Source: Chloroflexota bacterium
GTDB taxonomy: Bacteria > Chloroflexota > Dehalococcoidia > Lucifugimonadales > Australimonadaceae
Reading direction: 5' to 3'
Assembly: GCA_009838965.1 (NCBI GenBank)
Contig: VXQP01000073.1
Location: 77,155 to 141,154, forward strand
DNA length: 64,000 nt
Below, one piece after another: positions 25,691 to 35,045 of this stretch. The notes under the pieces are model-generated. The model was given only the letters and a program-made list of their open reading frames with translations, was not told where the DNA came from and searched no databases. The translations under genes and the position numbers were made by a program. Numbering within the stretch: position 1 is the stretch's first letter; every line of letters starts with the position of its first letter.

Positions 25691-26538
25691 GAACCACGAC
25701 ACGCCTGCGGGAACTCCTGTCCGGCGAGCGGATGCTGCTCGCTCCCTTCACCTACGACGGTTTCACCGCTCGCATCGCCCAGGAGGCGGGGTTCGACGCC
25801 GTCTACATGTCCGGGTTCGCGACCTCCATGTCCAGGGGACTGCCGGACGTCGGCCTGCTCACCCAGACAGAGATGGTGCAGAACGCAGCGAGCATCGCCT
25901 CGGTCGTGGACGTGCCCGTCGTCGCCGACGCGGACACCGGCTACGGCAACGCCATCAACGTCCATCGCACGGTCCGCGAGTACGAGCGCGCAGGCGTTGC
26001 GGGCGTCCACGTCGAGGATCAGGTCGCTCCCAAGAAGTGCGGCTTCTTCGAGGGCAAGCAGGTCATCGACGTGGACGAGGCCGCCTCGAAGATACGCGCC
26101 GCGGTCGAGGCCCGCTCCGACGACGACTTCGTCGTCATCGCGCGGACGGATGCCCTCGCCGTCAACGGCTGGGACGACGTGGAGCGCCGCTGCCGGGCAT
26201 TCGTGGACGCTGGCGCTGACCTCGTGTTCGTGGACGGCATCCGCACGAGCGATGACTTGAAGGAGTTCGCGCGGCGCCTCGGCGACCTCCCCCGCATGTA
26301 CAACGGCGAGCTCCCGCCGGGCGAGGTCGAGGCCCTCGGGTTCAGGTTCCAGATACACCGGGGCCCCATCTTCTCCCTGTATCCCATCATCAAGGAGATG
26401 ATGGTGGAGCTCCGGCAGGATGGGCGCATCTCCGCGATCGACCGCTTCGGCACTGGCGGGGAGTTGCGCACGTCCATCGCGGAGGCGCTCGGCCTCGGCG
26501 CCATCACCGAGATGGAGAAGCGCTACGCGGTGCGATAA
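25687..26538 (+). CDS. Isocitrate lyase/PEP mutase superfamily enzyme (methylisocitrate lyase / oxaloacetate decarboxylase-like)
   Basis: ORF trimmed to MRTTTRLRELL (ATG 25687). Motifs VADADTGYGNA, GVHVEDQVAPKKCG, IARTDA. Confidence 0.85.
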   Translation: MRTTTRLRELLSGERMLLAPFTYDGFTARIAQEAGFDAVYMSGFATSMSRGLPDVGLLTQTEMVQNAASIASVVDVPVVADADTGYGNAINVHRTVREYERAGVAGVHVEDQVAPKKCGFFEGKQVIDVDEAASKIRAAVEARSDDDFVVIARTDALAVNGWDDVERRCRAFVDAGADLVFVDGIRTSDDLKEFARRLGDLPRMYNGELPPGEVEALGFRFQIHRGPIFSLYPIIKEMMVELRQDGRISAIDRFGTGGELRTSIAEALGLGAITEMEKRYAVR

Positions 26539-26560
26539 TGCGCTGACAGGAGAGCAAGGC

Positions 26561-26968
26561 ATGAGTGGCATCACGCTGGAAGACGCGAACAAGGTCATCG
26601 CAGCCGCGGTGGAGAAGGCGCGCGAACTCGGGTTCACGATGGCCGTTGCCGTCGTCGACCTCCAGACGAGCCTCGTAGCCTCGGCGCGCATGGACGGCAC
26701 GAACCCGTTCACGCCGGACGTGGTGCGCGGCAAGGCCGTCGCTACTGCCGTCACGAAAGGGACGCCCAGCGGCGTCGCCGCGGGACGTTTCCCGCCGGGG
26801 CTGCTCGACACGGTACGCGACCTCTACGGAGGGCGTGTCACGTGGGTGCAGGGCGCGGTGCCGCTTTTCAAGAACGGTGAACTCGTCGGGGCGGTCGGCG
26901 CAGGCGGCGGACCGCCCGACAAGGACGAGGAGGTCGCGCAGGCGGGTGCGGACGCGCTTGCGGGGTAG
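26561..26968 (+). CDS. GlcG/HbpS-like (DUF336) protein
   Basis: ORF trimmed to MSGITLEDANKVIAAAVEKARELG. C-terminal GAVGAGGGPPDKDEEVA is typical of DUF336. Confidence 0.75.
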   Translation: MSGITLEDANKVIAAAVEKARELGFTMAVAVVDLQTSLVASARMDGTNPFTPDVVRGKAVATAVTKGTPSGVAAGRFPPGLLDTVRDLYGGRVTWVQGAVPLFKNGELVGAVGAGGGPPDKDEEVAQAGADALAG

Positions 26969-27016
26969 GGTAGAGTAGACGCGCAGCCGCGGGCGCAACC
27001 CGCGCACGGAGAGCGT

Positions 27017-27301
27017 ATGGCAGCGCTGACCCAGGCCAGGATAGACGAAGCCGCAGCAAAGGCTCGGATGAAGGTCGATCTGCTCCGGGAGTACCTTGAG
27101 TACATCTACCGCGTCCGCCCCGGCGAAGTCGGCATGCTGACCTGCAACGAAGGAGAGACCGTCCGTGAGGTGCGGCAGAACCTGACGCTCGCTGCGGCGG
27201 TCGCGGGTGAGCCCATCGGCATCTCCCTCAGGCGCAACCCCAGGGCTGTCTGCTTCTGGCTGGAGAAGCGTCGCAGGGGGAGGCCCCGGAAGGCCGGATG
27301 A
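27017..27301 (+). CDS. Small hypothetical protein with a C-terminal AT-hook-like RRRGRPRKAG tail
   Basis: 94 aa. Its stop overlaps the CoA-transferase start (ATGA). Confidence 0.5.
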   Translation: MAALTQARIDEAAAKARMKVDLLREYLEYIYRVRPGEVGMLTCNEGETVREVRQNLTLAAAVAGEPIGISLRRNPRAVCFWLEKRRRGRPRKAG

Positions 27302-28530
27302 ACGCGCTCGAAGGACTCCGAGTCGTAGACCTCACCACCATCGTCTCCGGCCCCTACGCTGCCGCCATCCTCGCCGACCTGGGCGCGGACGTCATCAAGA
27401 TCGAACCCCCGGGTGGAGAGAACTCCCGGCGGTTCGGCGAGGACCCGTCACTGATGATGGGATCGCTCACGGCTCACATCATGAACCTCCAGCGCAACAA
27501 GCGCGGCATGGTCGTCGACCTGCGCAGCGAGGGCGGCAGAGAGGTGTTCGAGGGCCTCGTCCGCTGGGCTGACGTGGTCCTGGACAACTACCGTCCCGGC
27601 GTCACCGGACGGCTCCGCATCGACTACCCCTCCCTCAAAGCGCTCAACCCCCGCGTCATAGCCTGCTCCATCACCGGCTACGGCCTGACTGGGCCGGGAC
27701 GCGACAGGGCAGCGCTCGACGCCACCGTGCAGGCGTTCGCGGGCGTGATGGGCATGACCGGCGACCCCGACGGCTCGCCCGTGCGCGCGGGCCCGCTCTA
27801 CAGCGACCTCTGCGCCGGCATGGCCGGAGCGCTCGGCATCCTCGCTGCGCTCGCATCGCGGGAGCGGACGGGCGAGGGCCAGCACGTGGACATATCCATG
27901 CTCGACGTGCAGATGTCGCTCATCAACTACCACGCCGTCATGCACCTCATGTCGGGCATACCGACCCCCCGGACCGGCAACGAGATGAAGCTGCACGTGC
28001 CCTACAACGCCTACCGGGCCACCGACGGCTGGATATTCATCGCCGTCTCTATCGACCCGCACTGGAAGGCGTTCGTGGAAACCCTCAATGCACCGGAGAC
28101 CGGCCTCGAAGGTCCGGCCCGCGAAGTCGCCGTGTCGCTGCAGGACGAGACGCTCGTCACGAGGGCAGGGCGCATCGCCAACCGCGACCGCATCAACGCC
28201 GCTCTCGAGACCATCGTTGCGACGCGTTCCCGCGACGAGTGGGTGGCCGCGCTCACCTCCGCGGGCATCCCCGTCGCGCCCGTGAATACGCTGGACGAGG
28301 CGGTGCAGGACCCACAGGTGCGCTCGCGCCGCATGATCGTGGAGGTCGAACACCCAGAGGGCGGCTCCTACGAGGCCACCGGCAACCCGTTCAAGCTGTC
28401 CGCCGCGGGAGAGGAGCGCTTCACGCCGCCCCCGACGCTCGGCCAGCACACTGCGGAGGTGCTGCGGGGCGTCCTCGGGTACGACGACGAGCGCATCGCC
28501 GCGCTCTACGGAGACGGGAGCGTGGCCTGA
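27298..28530 (+). CDS. Family III CoA-transferase (CaiB/BaiF type)
   Basis: LEGLRVVDLTTIVSGPYAAAILADLGADVIKIEPPGG, and the catalytic-Asp region GPLYSDLCAG. Confidence 0.9.
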   Translation: MNALEGLRVVDLTTIVSGPYAAAILADLGADVIKIEPPGGENSRRFGEDPSLMMGSLTAHIMNLQRNKRGMVVDLRSEGGREVFEGLVRWADVVLDNYRPGVTGRLRIDYPSLKALNPRVIACSITGYGLTGPGRDRAALDATVQAFAGVMGMTGDPDGSPVRAGPLYSDLCAGMAGALGILAALASRERTGEGQHVDISMLDVQMSLINYHAVMHLMSGIPTPRTGNEMKLHVPYNAYRATDGWIFIAVSIDPHWKAFVETLNAPETGLEGPAREVAVSLQDETLVTRAGRIANRDRINAALETIVATRSRDEWVAALTSAGIPVAPVNTLDEAVQDPQVRSRRMIVEVEHPEGGSYEATGNPFKLSAAGEERFTPPPTLGQHTAEVLRGVLGYDDERIAALYGDGSVA

Positions 28531-28571
28531 CCGCGCTTGACACACCGGCGCGCGCCTTGTCCAATCCCACC

Positions 28572-29735
28572 ATGCTGCTCGAACGACAACCCGACACTCT
28601 GAACGACATCCGCCTTGCGGTGCGCGACGTCTGCAAGAAGTATGACGGCGCGTACTGGCGCGAGCTCGACAAGGATGGCGCGTACCCTGAGGCGTTCGTG
28701 CGCGAGCTCACCGAGCTCGGCTGGCTCTCCGCGCTCATCCCGGAGGAGTACGGCGGCGGCGGCATGACCGTTACCGAGGCGAGTGTCATCCTTGAGGAGA
28801 TCAACCGCTCCGGCGGCGACTCCGCAGCCTGCCACGCGCAGATGTACATCATGGGCGTCATCCTGCGCCATGGAAGCCCGGAGCAGCAGGCACGCTACCT
28901 CCCCGGCATCGCGAGCGGCGAACTCCGCCTGCAGGCGTTCGCCGTCACAGAACCTGACGCAGGTTCCGAAACCACCCGCATCTCGACCACCGCCGTCCGC
29001 AAGGGCGACAGGTACGTCGTCAACGGCCAGAAGACGTTCATCTCCCGCGTTCAGCAGTCGGACCTCATGCTGCTGCTCGCGCGCACGACGCCCTACGAGG
29101 AGCTGACCAACAAGACCGAGGGCCTCTCCGTGTTCGTCGTGGACATGCGCGAGGCGGGCGACAGCCTGCAGGTCAACCCCATCGAGATGACGTTCAACCG
29201 CCACACCAACCAGCTCTTCTTCGACAACATGGAGATACCCGCGGAGAACCTCATCGGAGAGGAAGGGAAGGGCTTCCGCTACATCATCGATTCCTGGAAC
29301 GCCGAGCGCATCCTCATCGCCGCCGAGGCCATCGGCGACGCGCGCTTCTTCATTGAGCGCGCCGCCGCCTACGCGAGCGAGCGCGTCGTTTTCGGACGCC
29401 CCATCGGCGCGAACCAGGGCGTGCAGCTCCCCATCGCCCAGGCCTACGCCCACACCGAGGCGGCCGACCTCATGCGCTTCGACGCCGCCGCGAAGTTCGA
29501 CCGCGGCGAGCGATGCGGGGCGGAGGCCAACATGGCCAAGCTCCTCGCCTCCGAGGCCGCGTGGGAGGCGGGCAACGCCTGCCTCAACGCGCACGGTGGC
29601 TACGGCTTCGCGAAGGAGTACGACATCGAGCGGAAGTTCCGCGAGACCCGCCTCTTCATGACCGCCCCCGTCAACAACAATCTCGTCCTCGCATACCTGG
29701 GGCAGAACGTCCTCGGCATGCCCCGGTCGTACTGA
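28572..29735 (+). CDS. Acyl-CoA dehydrogenase family protein
   Basis: ORF trimmed to MLLERQPDTL (ATG 28572). Motifs FAVTEPDAGSE, NGQKTFIS, GGYGFAKEYDIERKFRE. Confidence 0.9.
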   Translation: MLLERQPDTLNDIRLAVRDVCKKYDGAYWRELDKDGAYPEAFVRELTELGWLSALIPEEYGGGGMTVTEASVILEEINRSGGDSAACHAQMYIMGVILRHGSPEQQARYLPGIASGELRLQAFAVTEPDAGSETTRISTTAVRKGDRYVVNGQKTFISRVQQSDLMLLLARTTPYEELTNKTEGLSVFVVDMREAGDSLQVNPIEMTFNRHTNQLFFDNMEIPAENLIGEEGKGFRYIIDSWNAERILIAAEAIGDARFFIERAAAYASERVVFGRPIGANQGVQLPIAQAYAHTEAADLMRFDAAAKFDRGERCGAEANMAKLLASEAAWEAGNACLNAHGGYGFAKEYDIERKFRETRLFMTAPVNNNLVLAYLGQNVLGMPRSY

Positions 29736-29752
29736 AAACAGGGCCGTCCTTC

Positions 29753-30646
29753 ATGACCACCGACGCCCTCGTCCGCTCCTGGCTCTACGTCCCCGCGCAC
29801 AAGGAACGCATGATCGCCCGGTCGCTGGAACTCCCGGCTGACGCCGTCATCTACGACTACGAGGACGCGGTGCCCCCTGCGGAGAAGGTGGGCGCGCGCG
29901 GCGTGCTGGCCGAGGCGCTTCCGGCGGTGCCGCCGGATGGCACTCCGCGCAGGTACGTCCGCGTCAACAACCCCCGCCATGAGCATCTCTTCGCGGACGA
30001 CCTCCGCGCCGCGTTGGAACTGAACGTGGAGGGCATCTGGCTCCCCAAGGTGGAGAGCGCCGCCCAGGTGCAGGGCGTCAGCGCCGCACTAGCGTACGAG
30101 GAGGAGCGCATGGGTGTCGAGCCCGGAACGACCCGCCTCGCTCTGCTCATCGAGAGCCCGCTGGGCGTCGTGAACGCCCACGCCATCTGCGCCGCCGACC
30201 CCCGCGTCATCGCCGTGCAGTTCGGCGGCGAGGACTTCTCCCGCGAGATGGGCCTGCCCCTCGTCCGCACAGGCGAGGCCAAGGAGCTGCTCTACCAGCG
30301 CGCCGCCGTCGCCACCGCGTGCGCCGCCGCGGGCGTGCAGCCCGTCGACGTCATCTGGACGGCGCTGAACGACCTCGAAGGCCTCGCCGAGGAGGCCGCG
30401 CAAGCGCGGCGCCTCGGCTTCACCTCGAAGGCCGTCATCCACCCCTCCCAGATCGAGCCGGTCAACGCCGCCTTCAGCCCCACGCCGGAGGAGGTCGCTT
30501 ACGCGCGGGAGGTCATCGCCGCGCTGGATGAGGCCGTCGCACAGGGCACTGGCGTCCTCAACTATCACGGCGCGTTCCTCGAGGAGCCCGTCATCGCCCG
30601 CGCCCGCCGCACCCTCGAACTCGCCGAACGTTTCAACGTGGGCTAG
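29753..30646 (+). CDS. HpcH/HpaI aldolase / citrate lyase beta (CitE)-like acyl-CoA lyase (malyl/citramalyl-CoA lyase-like)
   Basis: ORF trimmed to MTTDALVRSWLYVPAHKERMI (ATG 29753). Motifs IYDYEDAV, IESPLGV, FGGEDF, KAVIHPSQI. Confidence 0.85.
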   Translation: MTTDALVRSWLYVPAHKERMIARSLELPADAVIYDYEDAVPPAEKVGARGVLAEALPAVPPDGTPRRYVRVNNPRHEHLFADDLRAALELNVEGIWLPKVESAAQVQGVSAALAYEEERMGVEPGTTRLALLIESPLGVVNAHAICAADPRVIAVQFGGEDFSREMGLPLVRTGEAKELLYQRAAVATACAAAGVQPVDVIWTALNDLEGLAEEAAQARRLGFTSKAVIHPSQIEPVNAAFSPTPEEVAYAREVIAALDEAVAQGTGVLNYHGAFLEEPVIARARRTLELAERFNVG

Positions 30647-30714
30647 GCACGGTTGGACAACGCATCGCTCGCCGGTCTACATTACCCCCGACGCCACAAC
30701 CCAGGAGGCGCACG

Positions 30715-31446
30715 ATGGCTGAACAGCAGCGGGAAGCATTGTCACCGGGCGAGTTCATCGAACTGCTGGAGCAGACCCGGGCCGAGTTCCTCGAAGGCAA
30801 GTCGCCCTATCGCGGCGACGGCACCACCGGCAGAACGAAAGAGGAGATCGCCGCCTCCAAGCGCCGCTTCCACACCGGCGGCGACCCAAACCACAGGTTC
30901 GAGGGCGAGCGTTACCTCCACGTGACCGACAAGGCGATACGCCGCAAGCAGCTGCGCAAGCTCGTGGACGAGGGCGGCCAGACCACCGTCGGCGGCCCGA
31001 TGCCGAGCCACCCCATCCTTGCCCGCTGGCACTCGCAGGAGATGGGCCTCTCCGACGCCGAGATCGACGCGCTGGAGAAGGAAGACACGCCCGCCGAGAC
31101 GCTCGTGAAAGAGGGCTGGTGGTTCGACCTCCAGCGCTCCAACCCCTGGCCCGTCGCGCTCAGCAGCGCGCTCGTCGGCGAGGGCTCCAAGCGACTCCCC
31201 GGCGCGGTCGAGCACTACGAGCAGCTCATCGCCGACGCCCGCGAGCACTACGCCTCGCTCGGCGTCGAGAACGTGGACCGGGCAGTGCAGCTCCTCATCG
31301 AGCACGCGCCGTTCGGCGCCGACATGGAGCACGCCATGTTCGGCGAGGAGGTCGTACGCGAGACCGCCACGACCGCCCAGGTTCAGGACGAGATGCGCCG
31401 AGCCTTCATCCTCACCATGCAGCGCAACGCTCGCGACAGGGTCTGA
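30715..31446 (+). CDS. Hypothetical protein (243 aa) with four E-H dipeptides in its C-terminal helical part
   Basis: AVEHYEQL, AREHYASL, LIEHAPF and DMEHAMF within about 55 residues. No family recognised. 5-nt gap to the next gene. Confidence 0.55.
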   Translation: MAEQQREALSPGEFIELLEQTRAEFLEGKSPYRGDGTTGRTKEEIAASKRRFHTGGDPNHRFEGERYLHVTDKAIRRKQLRKLVDEGGQTTVGGPMPSHPILARWHSQEMGLSDAEIDALEKEDTPAETLVKEGWWFDLQRSNPWPVALSSALVGEGSKRLPGAVEHYEQLIADAREHYASLGVENVDRAVQLLIEHAPFGADMEHAMFGEEVVRETATTAQVQDEMRRAFILTMQRNARDRV

Positions 31447-31451
31447 GGCGC

Positions 31452-32237
31452 ATGGGCAACCAACCGCCGTTCAGACCGGACGAACTGCTCACCCCGCCGA
31501 TGCAGGGAACGGTGTTCGTCCACTTCCTGCAGCGCGAGAAGACGCGGAAGTACTCCGCCGCGCCGCCGTTCCTGCATGCGCTCATCCGCGGCGAGCTCTC
31601 TATCGAGCAGCTCCGCATGTGGGTGCAGGACCTCTATCCGTACTGGAACGAGGGCCTCGTCTTCTCCACGGGCGCGGTCTACATCAAGACGAACGACGAG
31701 CCTTCCCGCACGCAGATGCTCCGCCGCATGGTGGAGTTGGAGGGCACGGAGGTCGTCAACGACCTCACCGGCGCGACCACGCCCGCCTACGAAGAGCTGT
31801 GGCTCCGGTTCGGCGAGGGCATCGGCGTCTCGCGGGAGGAGGTGCTGGAGTGGCAGCAGTTCACCCGCACCTACTTCTCCATGCGAACGCTCATGACCTA
31901 CTCCCGCTACTGGGACTGGACGTGGCTGGACGGCATCGCCACCTGGTACGCGGCAGACCTCTACTGGCGCGAGTACTACGGCGCGGTGCGACAGGCGCTC
32001 GTTGACAGGTACGGCGTCGCCCCGGATGCACTGGAATTCTTCGACGTGCTGTTGGCCGACCTCGCAACGCACCTGCCATGGGAGGAGGAAGCGCTGGCCT
32101 ACTGGGCGTGCACGACGGAGCGGCAGCTGACGGCGGCCCGCGCCTTTCGCGAGCGGCTGGACATCGAGTACCAGTTGCTCGTCGCCCTCAACGAGGCCCG
32201 CACCGCCGAACGCCTCCCGTTCCAGGTCCCCGCCTGA
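31452..32237 (+). CDS. PqqC/TenA-like (heme-oxygenase-fold) protein
   Basis: ORF trimmed to MGNQPPFRPDEL (ATG 31452). Collinear resemblance to PqqC: GELSIEQLRMWVQDLYPY, EELWLRFGEGIGVSREEV, RERLDIEYQLL. Confidence 0.65.
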   Translation: MGNQPPFRPDELLTPPMQGTVFVHFLQREKTRKYSAAPPFLHALIRGELSIEQLRMWVQDLYPYWNEGLVFSTGAVYIKTNDEPSRTQMLRRMVELEGTEVVNDLTGATTPAYEELWLRFGEGIGVSREEVLEWQQFTRTYFSMRTLMTYSRYWDWTWLDGIATWYAADLYWREYYGAVRQALVDRYGVAPDALEFFDVLLADLATHLPWEEEALAYWACTTERQLTAARAFRERLDIEYQLLVALNEARTAERLPFQVPA

Positions 32238-32306
32238 TCCTCCATTGCACAACCGCCTGCGCCAGCCTTACAGTACGCCCATCCCCGGAGGGAGGACTCC
32301 TACCCC

Positions 32307-32816
32307 ATGAGCATCAAGACTGGCTGGGAAGGACGCTACTTCGATGACCTCCAGGTCGGCGACGTCTACCGCTCGTCCGTCGGCAGGACGCTGCTCGAAG
32401 CCGACAACACCTGGATGACGCTGCTCACCAACAACGACAACCAGATCCACTTCAACACCGAGTACGCGAAGAACACGCAGTTCCAGCGCCCGCTGATGAA
32501 CAGCCTCGTCACGCTCGCCGTCGTCACCGGCCTCACCGTGCCGGACGTGAGCCGCAACGGCATCAACCTCGGCTGGGACAAGGTGCGCCTCCCGCACCCC
32601 GTCTTCGCTGGCGACACCCTCTGGTCCGAGACCGAAGTCGTCTCCACCCGGGAGTCGAAGTCCGATCCCCGGCGCGGCATCGTCCACATCAGGACGCGCG
32701 GCCTCCAGCAGGAGGGCGTCACCGTCATCGAGTTCGAACGCGACATCATGGTCTGGAAGCGGGAGCACGCCCCCGGCAACGACGTGTTCCCCGAGCCCGC
32801 CGCGCAGACGGCATAG
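32307..32816 (+). CDS. MaoC-like (R)-specific enoyl-CoA hydratase/dehydratase
   Basis: DNQIHFNTEYAKNTQFQRPLMNSL hot-dog hydratase motif. 169 aa. Confidence 0.85.
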   Translation: MSIKTGWEGRYFDDLQVGDVYRSSVGRTLLEADNTWMTLLTNNDNQIHFNTEYAKNTQFQRPLMNSLVTLAVVTGLTVPDVSRNGINLGWDKVRLPHPVFAGDTLWSETEVVSTRESKSDPRRGIVHIRTRGLQQEGVTVIEFERDIMVWKREHAPGNDVFPEPAAQTA

Positions 32817-32826
32817 GAGGCATCCC

Positions 32827-34197
32827 ATGGCAACCGGCATCACGAACGCGCTGGTCGACTACGCGCAGAACCTCAAGTACGAGGACATCCCGCCCGAGGT
32901 GCTGGAGCGCACCAAGCACATGCTGCTCGACTTCCTCGGCGTCGCCTACGGCGGACTCCGCACCGGCGAGTCCTCAGGCCCCGTCATCGGCGGCGTGCTG
33001 GACCTCGCGTCGGGCGCGGCAGGGGCGAGCGCCGTGCTCGGACGCCCGGAGCGGCTTCCGGCGCATTACGCCGCGCTCCTCAACGCCACCTTCGCCCACA
33101 GCATGGACTTCGACGACACCCACCGGGACGCCGTGATCCATATCGGCACGCCGCTCTTCGCCACGCTCCTCGCGCTCGCCGACGAGCACGAGGTAAGCGG
33201 GCGTGACTTCCTCACCGCCGCCGTCGTCGGCTACGACGTCACGGGCAAGGTCGGCAAGGCGCACGGCGGCTCCGTGCACGCGCGCGGCTTCCACCCCACA
33301 GCGACCACCGGCATCTTCGGCTGCTCCGCCGCGGGCGCGCGGTTGCTCGGCTATTCCGCGCGGCAGACCGCGAACGCGATGGGCCTGAACGTGAGCCAGT
33401 CCGCCGGTTCGACCCAGTTCCTGGAGAACGGCTCCTGGAACAAGCGCTTCCACACCGGCCTCGCCGCGCATAACGCCGTGATGAGCCTCGTGATGGCCCG
33501 CCACGACTACCTCGGCGCGACGTCCCCCATCGAGGGCAGCCGCGGCTACTTCGCCCTCTACGCCGGCGACGGAGCGGACGCCGGACGTGCGCTCGACGGC
33601 CTCGGCAGCGACTTCGAGGTCATGAACACCGCAGTCAAGCCGTACCCGTGCTGCCGCTACAGCCACGCCACCATCGACGCCGTCGCCGACATCGTCCGCG
33701 CCGAGTTGCTCGCCTCGCCCGACATCGACGCCATCGACATCGCGATGGGCGAGACCGGCTACGGGCTCGTGGCCGACCCGGCAGAGATGAAGCGCGTGCC
33801 GTCCAACGTCGTCGAGGGCCAGTTCAGCGTCTACTTCGCGGCTGCGGCCACGGCAGGGAAGGGCGCCTACGCATGGGACGCCTATGACCGCCTGGACGAC
33901 GCCGAGGTGCGACGCCTGATGCAGCGCACGAGCGTGACGCTCGACGAGCGGTTCGGCTCCGGCATGGAGTCGATCGTCTCCTTGCGCACGGCGGACGGAC
34001 GCGTCATCGAGCGCAACGTCCCGTACCCAAAGGGCGAGCCGGAGAACCCCATGACGTGGGACGAGATGCAGGCGAAGTTCACCGAGTGGAGCGCGCCCGT
34101 CATCGGCGCGGAGCGCGCGGCGCAGGTCATCGAGAGCGTCGCCTCGCTTGAATCGCTCTCCTCCATGAGCGAGCTCACCGCCAACCTCGGCGCCTGA
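32827..34197 (+). CDS. MmgE/PrpD family protein
   Basis: LVDYAQNLKYEDIPPEVLERTKHMLLDFLGVAYGG N-terminus, FAHSMDFDDTH, FHPTATTG. Confidence 0.9.
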   Translation: MATGITNALVDYAQNLKYEDIPPEVLERTKHMLLDFLGVAYGGLRTGESSGPVIGGVLDLASGAAGASAVLGRPERLPAHYAALLNATFAHSMDFDDTHRDAVIHIGTPLFATLLALADEHEVSGRDFLTAAVVGYDVTGKVGKAHGGSVHARGFHPTATTGIFGCSAAGARLLGYSARQTANAMGLNVSQSAGSTQFLENGSWNKRFHTGLAAHNAVMSLVMARHDYLGATSPIEGSRGYFALYAGDGADAGRALDGLGSDFEVMNTAVKPYPCCRYSHATIDAVADIVRAELLASPDIDAIDIAMGETGYGLVADPAEMKRVPSNVVEGQFSVYFAAAATAGKGAYAWDAYDRLDDAEVRRLMQRTSVTLDERFGSGMESIVSLRTADGRVIERNVPYPKGEPENPMTWDEMQAKFTEWSAPVIGAERAAQVIESVASLESLSSMSELTANLGA

Positions 34198-34206
34198 CCC
34201 TCGGCT

Positions 34207-34965
34207 ATGCCCAACCGACTGGAGAACAAGGTCGCCGTCATCACCGGCGCTGCGAGCGGGCAAGGGCGTCTCGCCGCCCAGTTGTTCGACAGCGAGGGCG
34301 CGGCGCTCGTGCTTGCAGACCTCGACGCCGACGGCCTCGCAGAGACCGCGGCCTGGCTCACCAGCGCAGCCGCGCCACCCATAACCGTCGTTGGCGATCT
34401 CACGCAGGAGGACGCGAACGAGCGTCTCGCGCAGGCCGCGCTGGACGCCCACGGACGCATCGACGCGCTCTACAACGCCGCCGGTCTCGTGCGGTTCAGC
34501 CCGCTCCACGAGACGAGCCTCGAGGACTGGCGCTTCGTGCTCGACCACGAGCTGACGATGGTCTTCCTCACGTGCAAGCACGTCCTGCCGTCCATGATGG
34601 AGGCGGGCAGGGGCTCCATCGTCAACGTATCGTCCGTCTCCGGCTACTCCTCCGGTTCGAAGCGCCATCCTGCCCACGCGGCGGCGAAGGCGGCCATCGC
34701 CGGGCTCACGAAGCAGGTGGCGGTCGAGTACGGTTCCTACGGCATCCGGTGCAACGCCATCGCGCCCGGTTTCCTCATCTACGCCGAGGGACAGCGGCGC
34801 ATCGCGGGTCAGAGCGGCTCCGGCCCGCCGAAGGAGGCCGTCCCGCTCGGCAGGCACGTCGCGCCGGAGGACACCGCCCTCTGCGCGCTCTACCTCGCCT
34901 CAGACGAGTCCGCGATGGTCAACGGCCAGACGCTCGTCGTCGACGGCGGCCGCTCCATCACCTGA
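34207..34965 (+). CDS. SDR family oxidoreductase
   Basis: VITGAASGQG, NAAG, YxxxK-type HAAAKAA context, PG...motif. Confidence 0.88.
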   Translation: MPNRLENKVAVITGAASGQGRLAAQLFDSEGAALVLADLDADGLAETAAWLTSAAAPPITVVGDLTQEDANERLAQAALDAHGRIDALYNAAGLVRFSPLHETSLEDWRFVLDHELTMVFLTCKHVLPSMMEAGRGSIVNVSSVSGYSSGSKRHPAHAAAKAAIAGLTKQVAVEYGSYGIRCNAIAPGFLIYAEGQRRIAGQSGSGPPKEAVPLGRHVAPEDTALCALYLASDESAMVNGQTLVVDGGRSIT

Positions 34966-35045
34966 CCCTTTCCCGTCGTTCCCGCGCCTCTCCAACCCTC
35001 ATCTCAGCCCTCTCCTGCGAAGTTTTTCGGTTTACTCGTAACGAT

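Noticed and set aside
27298-32816. Reading the CoA-transferase, CitE-like lyase and MaoC hydratase as the mesaconyl-CoA branch of the 3-hydroxypropionate bi-cycle, which is known from Chloroflexus.
   Set aside because: The cluster lacks malonyl-CoA/propionyl-CoA reductase or synthase and carboxylase genes. It instead carries an ACAD, PrpD, TcuA-like protein and SDRs, which fits catabolism of C5/C6 acids better. I kept this as the alternative to exclude by homology searches.
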